Part shown: piece by piece, positions 1-12,901 of the stretch
Layout of the letters: the number at the start of each line of letters is the position of its first letter
How positions within the stretch are numbered: position 1 is the first letter of the stretch
Assembly: GCA_965637545.1 (NCBI GenBank)
Contig: OZ281500.1
Coordinates: 23,746,001-23,810,000, forward strand
Source of the DNA: Phallusia mammillata
Taxonomy: Eukaryota
DNA: 64,000 nucleotides
Reading direction: 5' to 3'
Notes under the pieces: model-generated
Databases searched by the model: none
What the model was told of the DNA's origin: nothing
The model's input: the letters and a program-made list of their open reading frames with translations, nothing else
Made by a program: the position numbers and the translations under genes

Positions 1-306
1 TTTATACGCCAGAAGATGCGTTTCTGCTGTACACAGGATGCATCGCCTGGCCCTCGTGTGCGCGTGTGTGTACATGTGTGTGCGAGCAACGTCTGCACGC
101 GCCCGTTTTTGAGTTTGATTTGTTCGCTTGTTGCGTGTTTCTCACGAGCAGTGTTTCAAACAATATATTTTTAACAAATGATTTGTTGGTCGTACGTCAC
201 TGTCATTTAATGCCAACGGATAAAGATAATGCAATGCACATGCACTACACGGACCGGTATGAATATAACATGACGTAGTACTAAGCCAAAAAATGCGTAT
301 CTAGCA

Positions 307-483
307 CAGGTTTGTTTTTAAGGTTTGGTTTGGGTGACCACTAAGTAGTTTTAAGAGACCGCAAGTGTTTCATTTAAATACCAAAAAATAGCCATCTTTG
401 CTTAAACGAATTATTTGTTAGGCTACTGGCAAATTTTGGGAAACCGCTGGAGAAATTTGAAAAACACCTTAAAAAAAACACTG
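307..483. mobile_element. Non-autonomous hAT-type MITE (family A, copy 1)
   Basis: TIR CAGGTTTGTTTTTAAGG...CCTTAAAAAAAAACACTG; perfect 8-bp TSD ATCTAGCA; internal sequence matches 11222-11388. Confidence 0.85.
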
Positions 484-3400
484 ATCTAGCAGTTAAAATA
501 TAAAATTTTCCGAAAAACGCGTGAACACTTGTGAAAATCGGTCCAATTTGACAGACAGGTGTAAACGATCGCTTTACCCGTGGTTAAGGCTTGATACGGT
601 GGCAGGGTGTTGTACAACCACAAATAGGATAAACGTCGATATGCGCCGAGATTGAGGTCAAGTCGTTGACACAAGCGTCTTTAATGTGGAAAATCTCTGT
701 CCGATTGAACAAAAAATATTTTCAGTACATCTTGCAAATAAACACAATGCACATGATGTTTTACATTAAAAAACTTAAAGCGTTTTTGTTACCAAAGAAA
801 GTTTTACGGCAGAGTTAAATGTATTTTAAGTCTGTTATTTTCACGTTTTATTGAGTTTCGTCAATCGGTAAATGGCGTTTACTTTCACTTAAAGAATGAT
901 AAAAACACATAGGCAGAAGTGAATAAAACACCAAAACTAACTCTAAAATTGTAATCCTTGTCTGCTGTACAGAAGTAAATGTGATTAAGCTTTTCAACTA
1001 AGCTTATTTCTAATGCGATGTTTTTTAATTTACTCTAAAATCCGTTTAACTTGCGTTCCCAACACTTTATACCTAACATGTGAGGAATTTTTTTTGCTGT
1101 TCGCTGTAGCACAAGTGTTTGGGTAATTCGTCTAACAACATAGATTAGATAGTTGATTGTGTAAAAATGCATTGTTTGTTGTCTCCTTATTCGAACAATT
1201 TTAATTTGTGTGGTAACATTGAATAAATGAAGATAATTAGCGAAGGGCATGCGAGGTTGGAATTATGACCTTAATCTCTGTTGGCCGTCAGTTTCTGCTT
1301 TTGTGTTTTTGGGATGCACTAATTATAATGAGCTCTTAGATTTGGACTGCTGCACTAATTACATCTTATAGGTCTACTAAGTGTGCTGCTGCTGCTATCA
1401 CCAATATTGAGATTTGTTTGAAGGCTTTGCTTTTGCCTCAGTTTCACAAAAAGTGTGTTACTGTTTAGACCAGTGGTTTTTATTTGTAACCGCTAACACA
1501 AAATAAAATTAAAGGCTTGATAACAACTTTGGCTTAAAAAATGCTTATAAAAGGCCTGTTTGACATTTTGGCTGTACATTAATTAATGCATTCACGATTA
1601 AAACGAGTGTGTTTGCAGCTAATAAATGAAATTTACTAGGTCAAACAATAAGATTTAATATTGGCAAAGCACAAATTAACAGGATTAGTCTTAGTGGGTG
1701 ACAGAAAAAGATTTGTGTTCCATCTACAATGCCTTATCAATTATTCAGCAAAAGACAAAACGGGCTGGTGACCACTGTTTGGAGTGAAAAGATAGTAGCG
1801 CACTTTATTTTAGGCACCATCTGTTTTGCGGCAAGCCTTTTGTCATCTTACTATACGCTGTAATATTCTCTAATATTATCGACCGGCAAATCGAAAGGCT
1901 TTATTTGTCTCTTTCGTAAATTTGTTTCGTTTTGAGATGTTTGCAAAATAGATACTCATTAACTAAGGTATATTAACCAAAAGACCGCTTTTTTCTTCGA
2001 AGCAGTGTATTTAAATTGATAAATATTTTCGCTGTAATGATTTGAACAAATTAATTTGCATAATTCAGTGCGAAGAACAAAATTTGGCTCGTTGTGTGTT
2101 AAGCTTTGCAAGTATGGCATTTCGGAAAACACATTGACCATACTTTGTTAACACAAACTTTTAAACACTTGAAAAAGAGCGGGAAGCAGCGATTGAGCGC
2201 AGCACATGCGGCTTCTCGCGCAGAACAATCATTACTACTGTGACGTAAGCACAAAGAGCGCAGGGCTCGAAATGAGTGCAACAAATAAACCGTATTTGCG
2301 TGTTATTGCTCATAGCTACCTTTTCAATTCCATGTTGTACTGTAGTTTCAGTGCTGGCTGCTTTTTGTTTACACTTTCGACAATGTCTAAAATTCAATAA
2401 GGAGCTACCAAATACGTTAATTTACTCTGGTTGTAAGGTGCTGCTTAAACGCCCTACTTAATTATCTATCTTCGTGCAACTATATGAATGCTTTCAACAA
2501 ACTTTAGAGGACTAGATTATAAAAAGATGTTAGAGGCAATTTAGTCAAATTTGAACCACATTTAGCAGGTTTAAAATTTCTCTTTACGCACCATTGAGCA
2601 AAGATGGATCGTGTAAAAACAACCCAGCTTCGGTTCTTTTGTTACAATTGTCTTTGAATGCACATTTCATTTCATGATCTGTTACAACTTTTGTATTTAA
2701 ATGAGGAACCAATTTGTTTTAACTAAGGGTTTTGTCGCCATTCAGCCTTTGTTTGTGTGTATTCGAACAACAATGCTTGTTTGTTATAGAACACGGTCTA
2801 TTTTCTACGCCATAATCTCCCTTTGTCTGCAACAATCAAACATAGACACACCACCGATAAAACTATCAGTTTCGCGTACTTAAATTGCAAATAAATCTCC
2901 CCCTCCCAGCAGTGTGGTAAAGTTTGCGTGGGCGCGAATGTATAGTGGCTGTCTCTTTTCGTATCAAGTAACTTGTAAGGGCTTCTAAAAATTGCTCCTT
3001 AATTCACGTTTTGTTGACCCCGCTACGCTGGTGCTAATTTGCGTATTAAAGTTCGTGTTTCTGCTACAAGCGACTTGACGCTTTTTCTGTGCTCACGTAA
3101 TTTACTATACGCGGAAGCAGCGTGCAACGAAAAATCAGGCGATTTTTTTGAATTCTCTGCTAATTGCCGGTGATGTTTGGTGTTCTAAAATTGTGCAAAA
3201 ATACTTTGGAAAAAACATGTTTTATTCACACACAAAAAAGCGATTACAGTATTGCTGATTATGCTTTTTAATGTTAAATAATTTCTAAAAAATGAGGTTT
3301 TTTCAACTTTTTAGTGACAAAAATTTCTAAGTTTAATATTTTGCGTGCCTATCACCGTTCACTATTCGATGCTATGCGGTTATTCAGCACTTTTGCGCGA

Positions 3401-4223
3401 CCTTTTTTCCCATACAAACAAGCCTAACATTTATCAGCGCTACTACGTATGTTACTAAGCAACGTGACGAAAAATCGTGAAGAGAGAAAAAAATGTGAAT
3501 CGTCGAGCAGTGTGGAAAATTTTATGTCTCGTGATTGATGGTGATATAATTATGTCGTCACTATCAGTGTATATTGTAATGTGACAAGTGCGGTACATTG
3601 CTGCTAATAATGACTGGCGAAATATTTTTTTAAGTGTCATTGTGGTGGTAAAACCAAATCGGGGGCCTTGAGTCCGATTTTGGAAAAGGTACATGGGGGA
3701 TTTATTACTGTTTCGTTTCATTTTCGGCTTAGTTTAATAAGATTATTAACTTTCAAGAAGAATTTCAAATTTTTGAACAATTCGTGGATTGAAAAAAAGT
3801 GTACTTTTGGAACCATATCGACCTCTGGTGGCTTGTTGACACCGTACTTTATTTTTTGGCGCCTTTTCCTACCGTCATAGTTGGGATGGCAATAAAACAC
3901 TTTTTACGTATCAGGCCCTCCGACAGACAGGATGGGTATTTACGATCACCGTTTATGACAATAAATAGCTGAGAATGAAAATATTTTTAAGAAACAGAAT
4001 CAGTCAATGAATGTATATTTAAATGGAATATATATATTTCGCCTAAATAGCATCTTTAGTTCCTTAATCGAACAGAATCGCGTTGAAAAAGTGTTACAAC
4101 AAAAAAAACGATAAAGGTCCTTTTTCCTTTATTAGTTACAAGTGTTGTCAAAACTGTGTTATTTTGTGAAAAAACAATTCTATTTCAATCTTGTAAACTT
4201 TTACGTTCTTTTTTACTTTCTAG

Positions 4224-6929
4224 CATTTGTAACGACAACGGTCACACCGCGGGCGACCTGGCCAGCATGCAAAACTTCATCGAATGTGCAAGAGTGTTGG
4301 AATCAGCCGTCGCTAACCTCACACCGATCCATGCAGTGAACGGATTCGCAAACGGTAAGAAGCAAGTTACATTGTAAACAAGTCTGAGTTCGTGTACATA
4401 CTTGCTAAATGTTACTAGTCCTTGAACTCATATAAAACACGCCCTAATTAATCTGAAGTTTATTTATCACAATCCAAAAACTTCCAGGTAACTCGGGCGC
4501 TCACGTTTCTAACGGCAACGGACACGGACCAATCACGAACGGCGGCAACGGTCACGTGAACGGTCATCAGCCAATGACGAACGGTTGGAGTGGTCACGTG
4601 AACGAACATCATCCAATCACAAACGGGTGTTCGATGCGAAAACGGGGATACGACGACGAAAGCATTCCCAGCCTGAAGCGAGCACGAGTTGCAGGTAGGC
4701 TCTTTTGCGCTAGCTAGCGGTTGTGATGTGATGTCTATGTTCCCAGCGCAAGTTTGAGTTGGTCTTGAAGTTAAAAACAGCGCAAAAGGTTAAGTTGTGC
4801 AGTCAAATGTTTGTGAGAAGTGCGTGAACAAATACAGTAAACCTGGGTTAGACCGGTTTTCGTTAATCCGAATCTTGGCCTAATTCAAACAAAACTCCAG
4901 GTATTTGACAATATTTTTGGTCAAAATGTGTCAGGATTAACCGGGATTTACTGTGTATAAATGTTTGGGTTGTTAAAATGCGCAAGTGTTAACTAAATGG
5001 AAAATTAAATCTGTATTAGGATTGATCTTGCGTTTGGAACATACACAGTCTTTTGTTAAGTTTCTATGTTGCATGTATTGTCCGGTCTGCATACATATTG
5101 CATGTCAGCAAGATAAAATGGCGCAATATTCGCACACGTGAAATTACACTATGGTTTTGTTTCTTTCTGTGTTTATTTGCTGTGCTTTGCATAATTTCGT
5201 ACCGTGTGTGTGCTTTTGCCGGGATTTGAACCCGCGAACCTTGCATTACCACAAACCCACACCGACATATCGCACAGCAGATGACGTCACCTTCACGATG
5301 ACGTCACTTCTCTTCCGCCCCGATCAAGCGCGTTCGCATAGTGACGTCATTAACGATTCGATGGACTGCTGTTGTCATGACGATGAGCACGTGGCAACGA
5401 CGACCTTTGCTGAAAGTCAACGCCCGCCCGCAGTTTATTCCAACGGATATTATTGACTTTCGGTTGCTATGGCGACCGTGTATGACATCATACTCACTGT
5501 GTATGACATCACAACGCCGTGCCGCGTCATCACTTTTCTATTTCTCTCTTGTGATTCCGCGTAGCGCTCTTTGCAAAGCAAAATCGGAACTCGGGTGTTT
5601 TTGTCCCCAGGGCGCCACCCAGCGACCGAAAAACACTGCGATGACGTCGATATGACGTCACAAAATGACCTTGAGACTGGCAACGGTCACGTTTGTGCCA
5701 CGCCAGCGAACAGCCAAGAAGTGATGACGTCAGCTGAGAAATACGTCATGCAGCTTAAGGGGATGCCCCAATATGAGGATGAATTATTCTGTCCCGGCGA
5801 ATGGCCAGGCGCGTTCGATTCAAAACCTCACCAAGTCATCGGCGACTTACATTCGCATTTTGTCTGAGAACCGATTTTTGACCAAGTCCCCTTTGATCTG
5901 ATTTCATATTGGCGTTTGCAGTCATTTGTTATGCCTTGATTGTTGCTGTTTGTTTGCATTTTCGTTCTTGTGACGTCACATAGCAACCGCGCGCGCTCCC
6001 TATTATGACGTAGCTTCGTTTTCGCGCAGAACCCTTTCAGCACCTGCAGCAACCGCGTTTCCATGGCGACCAGCAGTTACACGTTGCAGTCGACCACAAC
6101 ACCGACAACTCTGCTGCTATATTCAACCTCAAGCAAAGATCAACGTCATCACACATACAAGACACTGACTGCGGTATGATGACCTCTGATTCGTCAATGG
6201 ACGATTGCGGCACGATCGACACGCCTTCTTCCCAAGTTGCCGGTGTCAGGGGCAGTTTCTACGCACAGTATCTTATCGAACGGCAGATGGAAATGTTTCA
6301 CGGCAGTTAAAGACAATTTTAACCCTTTCTTCCTTTACATCAGTCGCTGTTCTGTGTGGTTTTGCGCATTTTTAGTTTCTGTGTGCCGGAGTGATGTGTT
6401 CTTTTCTGTGATTTTTTGTTCGGTCCAGCGCAAAAGCTATGTCGAAGACTGACACCACATAGCTGTGTGTAAAACACGCAACCAGCCCCTAAACTGCGAT
6501 TTCAAGATTGTCTGTATAAGCTCGCTGCTCTTTAGCAGACACTGGACCTTACATGTACATTTGACAACCGACTTTGTCCACGCAAAGTGTCTAAACTCGC
6601 TGCTATACTTTTCACTTGCGACAGATCAGAACTGCACGACGCAAGATCATGAAATGGAAGCCGACGAAGATTGTCCAATCACACCGCCCGAAACAGTCAC
6701 GTGTTTCAATGACGTTTGCTCACCACGTGCTCCTAGCCCTGGAATGGAACTTCGATATTTGGAGGATGCGAGCAACGATGACCTCCAGGCGTGGGGTCAT
6801 CTCCATGGTTACGGCGACACCGCTGAAGCGCTGCCTGAAATTTGCGAGACTCGAAAACCGACTTTGATTGACAGAAACGAGACTTTTCAGAAGAAATTAA
6901 ACGGGATGCGCTCCAGGGGCTGGTCTTAA
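4224..6929 (+). CDS. ANKRD10: Ankyrin repeat domain-containing protein 10, 3' part (exons 4224-4354, 4488-4694, 6625-6929); upstream ankyrin exons not found in the window
   Basis: GT-AG exons join in frame. They give the last ankyrin repeat (ICNDNGHTAGDLASMQNFIECARVL), a basic motif (MRKRGYDDESIPSLKRAR) and WGHLHGYGDTAEALPEI. These match my recollection of vertebrate ANKRD10 ([60 protein letters not shown]). Confidence 0.8.
5281..5456 (+). CDS. ANKRD10: Candidate alternative terminal exon A of ANKRD10
   Basis: NAGNAG acceptor cacagcag| in phase 1, matching the donor at 4694; open to TGA (DDVTFTMTS...AVYSNGYY*). The pyrimidine tract is weak. Confidence 0.4.
5282..6070. promoter_or_regulatory. 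Cluster of CRE-like TGACGTCA palindromes and RFX X-box-like motifs
   Basis: Perfect TGACGTCA at 5282, 5299, 5342, 5653, 5725 and 5971; TGACATCA at 5483 and 5503; X-box-like GTTGCTATGGCGAC (5463-5476) and GTTTCCATGGCGAC (6057-6070). Confidence 0.45.
5611..5867 (+). CDS. ANKRD10: Candidate alternative terminal exon B of ANKRD10
   Basis: Strong acceptor tgtttttgtccccag|, phase 1; open frame GRHPATEK...GNGHV...GDLHSHFV*. Confidence 0.55.
6030..6310 (+). CDS. ANKRD10: Candidate alternative terminal exon C of ANKRD10
   Basis: Acceptor cttcgttttcgcgcag|, phase 1; open frame EPFQHLQQPRFHGD...FYAQYLIERQMEMFHGS*. The end resembles the vertebrate ANKRD10 C-terminus as I recall it (...TMHLHHGS*). Absent from the supplied ORF track. 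Confidence 0.6.
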
Positions 6930-9290
6930 GGTTGAGGTGATTTTTTGGTAATTGTTGTTCAGTTTTATTTTCATTTCACTGTTGTTGTGTTTTTTTAGTT
7001 GCAAAATACTGCCCTGTGGCAAAGTATGAAATCCGCATGTTATGTTAGTTTGAGCTGCCGAAAATTGTAAGAAGTATTTTTTTTCAATTTGGGCCAAACA
7101 TAGAGTTCTTTTGATAAATCTTGCATTAAACAGGACCTAATCGGCCAACCGAAACCTTTCTGTGTTTAAAAACAGGTAAATGGGCTAACAGCGCTGGTAT
7201 TACGTCGTGCATTACTTGTACATTTACGTAGCTACAAAGCGTGGTGTTTGTATTTGTGTTACATGCAGAACATCTACATCTGCGCGTAAAATCCAAAATC
7301 AAATTGTAAAATGCGAACTTACGATCCCTTAAGGTCGTACGGTGTTTATAGCATTAGAATGCATCGCCTTTTTTCACAGAGAAAATCGCACACGTGAAGT
7401 AATTCAATTTTTTCCTCATGGTTAAGGCTGTCTTATGTGGGGTTTTGTACACGTTTAACATTCAAATTTATCATACGTAAAGCCCGATGAGACTTAATAC
7501 AAATAGAAAATCTACCATGTGCCTGTTTGTGCGAAGGAAATATGAAAATTGTACTACACTGTTAAAAAATCTTAAACGTTAATAACTGCAACTAAATCAA
7601 ATTTAGGCCGTTTATTAAGGTCAACTTCCCATTTTATATCGTTGCTGGCTATTTCAAGTCCTGGTTTTTCTTGACTTTTGGTCGCAATGTATGCAAAAGT
7701 AACATTCGCTCAAATTTTCACTTCAAGTGCGTTCGCGCTGCTTTCGTACCAGTATCACCGTTAGGTGTCGCTAAACGCAACATTTGAACTACTAAGGGTG
7801 TTCCCCCCAAGGCCAAGTGCATTCAAAACCGTGCCGTGGTTCAAATCGGCTTTTTGCCATTTAGATTGTGCGTTGGTAAACCTAGTTCTTTGTTTTTTTC
7901 CGTCGCTACTTCGTTATTTCTTTGCACAAAAGCTTCGAGGCTGTCTGTAGGATATTCTTGCACAATCTAACCTCGCGACGTACCGCGTCATAATTCCACA
8001 ATATCACAGAGTACCCTGTAATTTCAGTGCATTAAAACACGTATTTTTGTGACGTGTACTTTTGTTCAAACTTTTCTACTTTCACCCTAATGTGTAATAT
8101 CCGATCGCTTCTAAGGTTTCGTCCCAGTGCATCAACTAAGTTAAACGAAAGACCTATTTTGCAAGCGATGTACAAACTTGTGTTTCGTGATATGTTCCAG
8201 TTTGTTTCCCCCTGTTACCGTTTTTTCGTCCACCAACAATCGCTTTTTGTTCGTCGTTGACTACCTTACAAGTTGCTGTAGCAGGCTTCAGTTACATACG
8301 CCCAGTTTTTTGAGTCCCCAACTTTCAGGCAACGCCATAACCCCAATCCGCTGTGACAACAAAACCCCGATTTAAATGAGTGTATTTTGGCATGTGAAAG
8401 TAGCCTTCTAATGCCGCTGTACATACATAAGTCCATATCATTTCCATCGTTCTTGATGCTTTTTGTTGACAGCTTTTGCTTTTCTGTAGCGTAACGGCTG
8501 TTCTTCTGTCCCATGCGGCATTCTGTTGTTGGGAGCGATTCATTTTGTTGTTCTGTTCGACTTTTTCTAGCCTGTTTTTTTACCGAAAGAATAAATTGTC
8601 AGGGAGGTTGATGCCTGCTTGTTATTTTGTCTTCAGAAAAGCGTCTTGTCATAGTTGCCATGTCAAAGTTAGAAAGATAATTAAAATGGAATGCCACTTA
8701 TTCAAATGTTAAAGGGAGTGGTTTAAAAACTGTCGCAGTAAAAACGTTTAAATTTGGTTACAGAGCTATTTGAACTATTTTATAAAGCCACAATAATCAC
8801 TAGTGACCACTAAACAAGTATTTGCAAAACTTGAGCCAAAAACTGATTTAGACTAAATATTTGGGCCACAGAATTAAAAGCCTTAAAACCATTGGTTTAA
8901 ACAAGTTTTTCAGCGAATGAAACTAAGCGAAGTAAAAATGGTGTCCAGTCCACTAGCATTTCTTTGCCCCTCTTAAGATTACAATGAAGCACAATGAGTT
9001 TTACAATAAAAGGTACTGCATAAAAATTGGGTTTTAGACAAGTTTTTGATTAACACAGAATCATTTTGTGTTGTTTTGTTTATTTCCGCATGGAACAATA
9101 TGACAAACAAACAAACAAAAGAAGCAATAATCACAGTGTCAGAAACAATGGCAGAATTTTAAAATAGGAAAAATGTGTGACAAAATCACAAACTTTCACA
9201 TCACCTACCTTACTACACATACCAGGTTCGTTCGCTCACAGCAGGTATTTGGTATATGAAAGCCTAACTGCAACTTTGAAGGGACCATCT

Positions 9291-11686
9291 TCAATTGCCC
9301 ATATCATCATCAGAATCAGGTGCCAACACAACTATTGAATGATCAGGTAGGTTTTGACTTGGCTCAAAAAATACAGATCGTATTCTTTTGAATGGAGGTG
9401 AATGTTCAGGATCATCAACAGGCATTTGATTTTGGTCTGGGATCTCTGGGCTAATCTCATGTTCACAAGTTGTTAAATCCACCTCCTTGCTGACAGGCAT
9501 TTTCATTGCAGACCTGTGTCCATTATTAAGTGTAGATGACTTCTTTTTAGGTGAAATTTTTCGTGGTGGTGCAGCATGCGAACCATGTTTTCTTGAAGCT
9601 GTAGTTCTTGATCTGTTTCTAGTGTTTGAAGAGAAATTTACATTGTTTGATTTTTCCGCTTGCTGTGATATTGAATCTTCGTCATTTGCAACTGTTGCCA
9701 TAACAAAGTTTGCGCGGAAGTAATGTTCCTGTTCTGTGCTGATGATAAGAGGTTTGCCTCCTATTTCAAAATGCATTTCCAGGGTGGTGCCTGCTACATC
9801 ACAGAATGCAAGGATGGCTCTCAAATCTTTCAGGCAGAAAGTGACTTCAGTGTCAACTCCAATCTAAAACCGTATTAAATGCTTTATGGCCAATTTTAGT
9901 AACAAATGTATGTTTGTCATACCTGCACATATGTGTTGTGTGCAATCTTAGCCGCAGATAGTGTACGCTGTTTCAGCCTGCAAAGTCTCATCAGTGCAGC
10001 TGGTGACAAGACAATGACGGTATAGGCTAGTGTAGTCACATTACTCCGCTCCAGTTTGTTGGGATTGTCTAGTCACCAGCTGAACTGATAATATGATGTT
10101 GGCTGAAACAGTGCACACTGTCTGTAGCCTACTTATCTTTATGATGGCAGATGTTTTTGTGAAATCTGAGCTACAAAGACATAACAAACATAAGTGCTAA
10201 AAATTCACCTGAAAATCAGAAAACTCTTCAGGATTCAAAGTCATTTCTGTTCTCATAATTTTTGCATTTTCGTCGTCTTCGTTAACAAAGCTTTTTAGGT
10301 TAACTTGACAAGGAGTAACACACATAGAAATCTCCTCAAGGCCGGTGGAGAAATTTGCTGCTACATCGGTAAGGAGTTTGTGTTCACATTTCAAGATGTT
10401 TGGTGACAAATCCTTGGCAAATACTGCCTACAAACAAAGTAAAAAGACAGTATATAAATGAAAATGCTGTGTTTATAATAGTGATAATCACTAGTGATTC
10501 AATACTTTTATGAAGTTTTGCTTTCAGAATGCAACTGTTGGTAACCACAGAATATAGCAAAAATAGGGCAACATAATTGTTTTGTATATATATCCTACAG
10601 CTATAATCCAGGCCACATTTTTGTTTTAAATTGAGTAAAAAGAAATTGGTTTGTCCAAACTGCCACTCTCACAAATGCATCCAATTTGACCAGCCTTTTC
10701 ATGCAATTATCTGGAATATCAACCACATTTTTTTCTCCACAAATGAAAGGTTTGGGGTTCACAATCTGGAGGCAAATATTTAAATATTCGTTTAACTGCT
10801 TCTGTATTAAAAAACCAGCTTACCTGCAGTGATTCACATTCTTGGTAAGTAAGATGATGTGTTTTAGTGATTCCGTGTCGACATTTGAGTTGGAAAACAA
10901 GTTTGCAATTCTCTCCATCAAAGTTTATGTCGCATGATTCAACTGATCGCTCGATTGTGCTCAAAGACTTAAACACTGTAATACATAATTGTATTCAAAT
11001 GTCTCTGTAATTGTATTAATACTGAAATTCAAATTTTAAGTTTGTTGATAAACTTGCTATGATATTAACATCACTTTTTGTGCATATTTTTCACCATTAT
11101 AACACAAGCTAATTAAACAAAGAAATGACTTATACAAGGCTTTGCAGTAAAGTCAGTCAACAAAAAGACATGGTACAAAATAAAAATATTCTTTTTTAGG
11201 GATTGTGAGATAGTCACAATTCAGGGGTTTTTTAAGGTTTGGTTTGGGTGACTGCTCAGTAGTTTTAAGAGACCGCAAGTGTTTCATTTAAATACCAAAA
11301 AATAGCCATATTTGCTTATTTGGGAAACCGCTGGAGAAATTTGGGACACCTTACACCAAAAACACCAAAACACCTTAAAAAAACACTGGTCACAATATAA
11401 CAGTACCTTGTAACATTGTTTTGACTGCAATCTTGCATCGAAAACCATCACTTTCTACGTCTTCGGACAATGTGCCATTTTCACTGCTAGTCGGTTCATA
11501 TTCGTAGGTTTGAAACATTGGTTGATGGAACAGAAAACAAACGTACGCAGAGCGAGAAGAATTGACCGTTTTCAGTGCTAGGCCATTTTCCAGAGGTTCA
11601 AAATAAATCTCAGAACCAATTTTTGCAAGGCAGTGCACAGCTTTAGCAAATAGTTTGACGTTAACCGCTGGTAAAACGCACTTCAT
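9291..11686 (-). CDS. RAD9: Cell cycle checkpoint protein RAD9 (9-1-1 clamp); exons 11686-11407, 10975-10824, 10427-10209, 9863-9291
   Basis: Starts MKCVLPAVNVKLFAKAVHCLAKIGSEIYFEP...TVNSSRSAY, then GITKTHHLTYQECESLQ and EVTFCLKDLRAILAF. All junctions GT-AG and in frame; basic/acidic disordered C-terminal tail. Confidence 0.93.
9955..10124. mobile_element. Fold-back MITE-like inverted repeat in RAD9 intron 3
   Basis: CAGATAGTGTACGCTGTTTCAGCC / GGCTGAAACAGTGCACACTGTCTG plus inner arms CAGCTGGTGACAAGACAA / TTGTCTAGTCACCAGCTG. A degenerate relative of the left arm lies near 16395-16480. Confidence 0.55.
11222..11388. mobile_element. MITE family A, copy 2 (RAD9 intron 1)
   Basis: Near-identical to 307-483; flanked by GTCACAAT on both sides. 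Confidence 0.85.
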
Positions 11687-12901
11687 TGTGCCTGTCTAAA
11701 CCCTTAATATCCAAAAAAGTTATTTGTAACAATTGAAGCTTACTTAAAACGTCAATATATAAGAAAACGCATTTATACAAACAATAAATTAATAATTTTT
11801 TTAAATTTAAACTGGAGGCAAGTTTTTCACATATTTCTCTAAGTACCTGAGATATCCTATTTCTAGCTTATTCTGAAATGAATTAACTGAAGCAATTACT
11901 TGACATGAAGTTTTTTTGAGCATTTAAAACTTATGCAAATCCCTCTGTAGCCAAGTTAAAAACTTTATCATAGTTGTCAACATATCTTTAATTATTGTAG
12001 TATCGTGTTATGCCAAGTTCGGAGCTCAAACTTTCGTATTTAACGAATTCATGGTAGTTTTCCTTTCCTTTTTGGTTATTTTTTACTTCAACAAAACATG
12101 TTTCAATCTCGCGCCACCAAATGGTAATGTTGATATTTACGATCTCTATGCAGTGAGATATATTTGTGCCTTTTTTCAAAATTACGCTATATTTTACAAC
12201 AGAGTTAAAAATATACAACACATATCATCATTTCATAAAAGCTACAGATCATTAAGTATTTTATGTTTTTGGTGACGTTTTTGTTTGTTGGTTGTGGTTG
12301 TGTTCTGGAATACAGGTAAAGGAACAAAAAAACAGCGGTTCCTCCACACTTCAGTAATCACGCGCAAAGAAAGAGACAACACAAGAGGCCACAGTTCTGC
12401 TTCGGTTACGCAGGTATGTGCGAAGAAAAGGTCTCAGGAAAAAAGTGAGGGACAAAATTTACCTTTTTGTTCACCACATATTTACCGAGTTTGTCAGTGA
12501 ATAGAACAAATACAGCAAGCCTGGCACAAGCTTCAGATATTTGTGGGATATTTTTAGGATATGTGACGTAAAAACCTGTTCGTATTTTGCTTTATGATGT
12601 GTTTAGTACGTTTTATGGCGTTTTTGACACATAAATTTAAAGGATTAGCCCAATTTGAATTCCAAAAAAGTGTGTTGTTTGTTCAGGAATTCCAGTGTGC
12701 AAACATTTCTTATCGGTGTCGACTGGCACACTTTATAAAAGACTTCTCTGTACGCAAGTCCAATGTCAATCATTAAGTTGAATATTCTGCGGATTTGCGG
12801 TAGTTGCTCGCCAACCGTTTGGAAATTCTGTTGCCTTCAGTTTTCCTTTAACATTTGACAGTTGATTGAAAAAGTGTGGTGTTTTGATTCTGATTTCGCA
12901 G

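Noticed and set aside
66-3900. Many 60-90 aa ORFs upstream of the ANKRD10 exons, and a strong donor GAC|gtaagc near 2245
   Set aside because: No ankyrin-like translation and no convincing acceptor/frame combination. Treated as intronic; a poison exon cannot be excluded.
8266-8543. Overlapping minus-strand ORFs downstream of RAD9
   Set aside because: No recognisable motifs or consistent splice sites; could be 3' UTR sequence.
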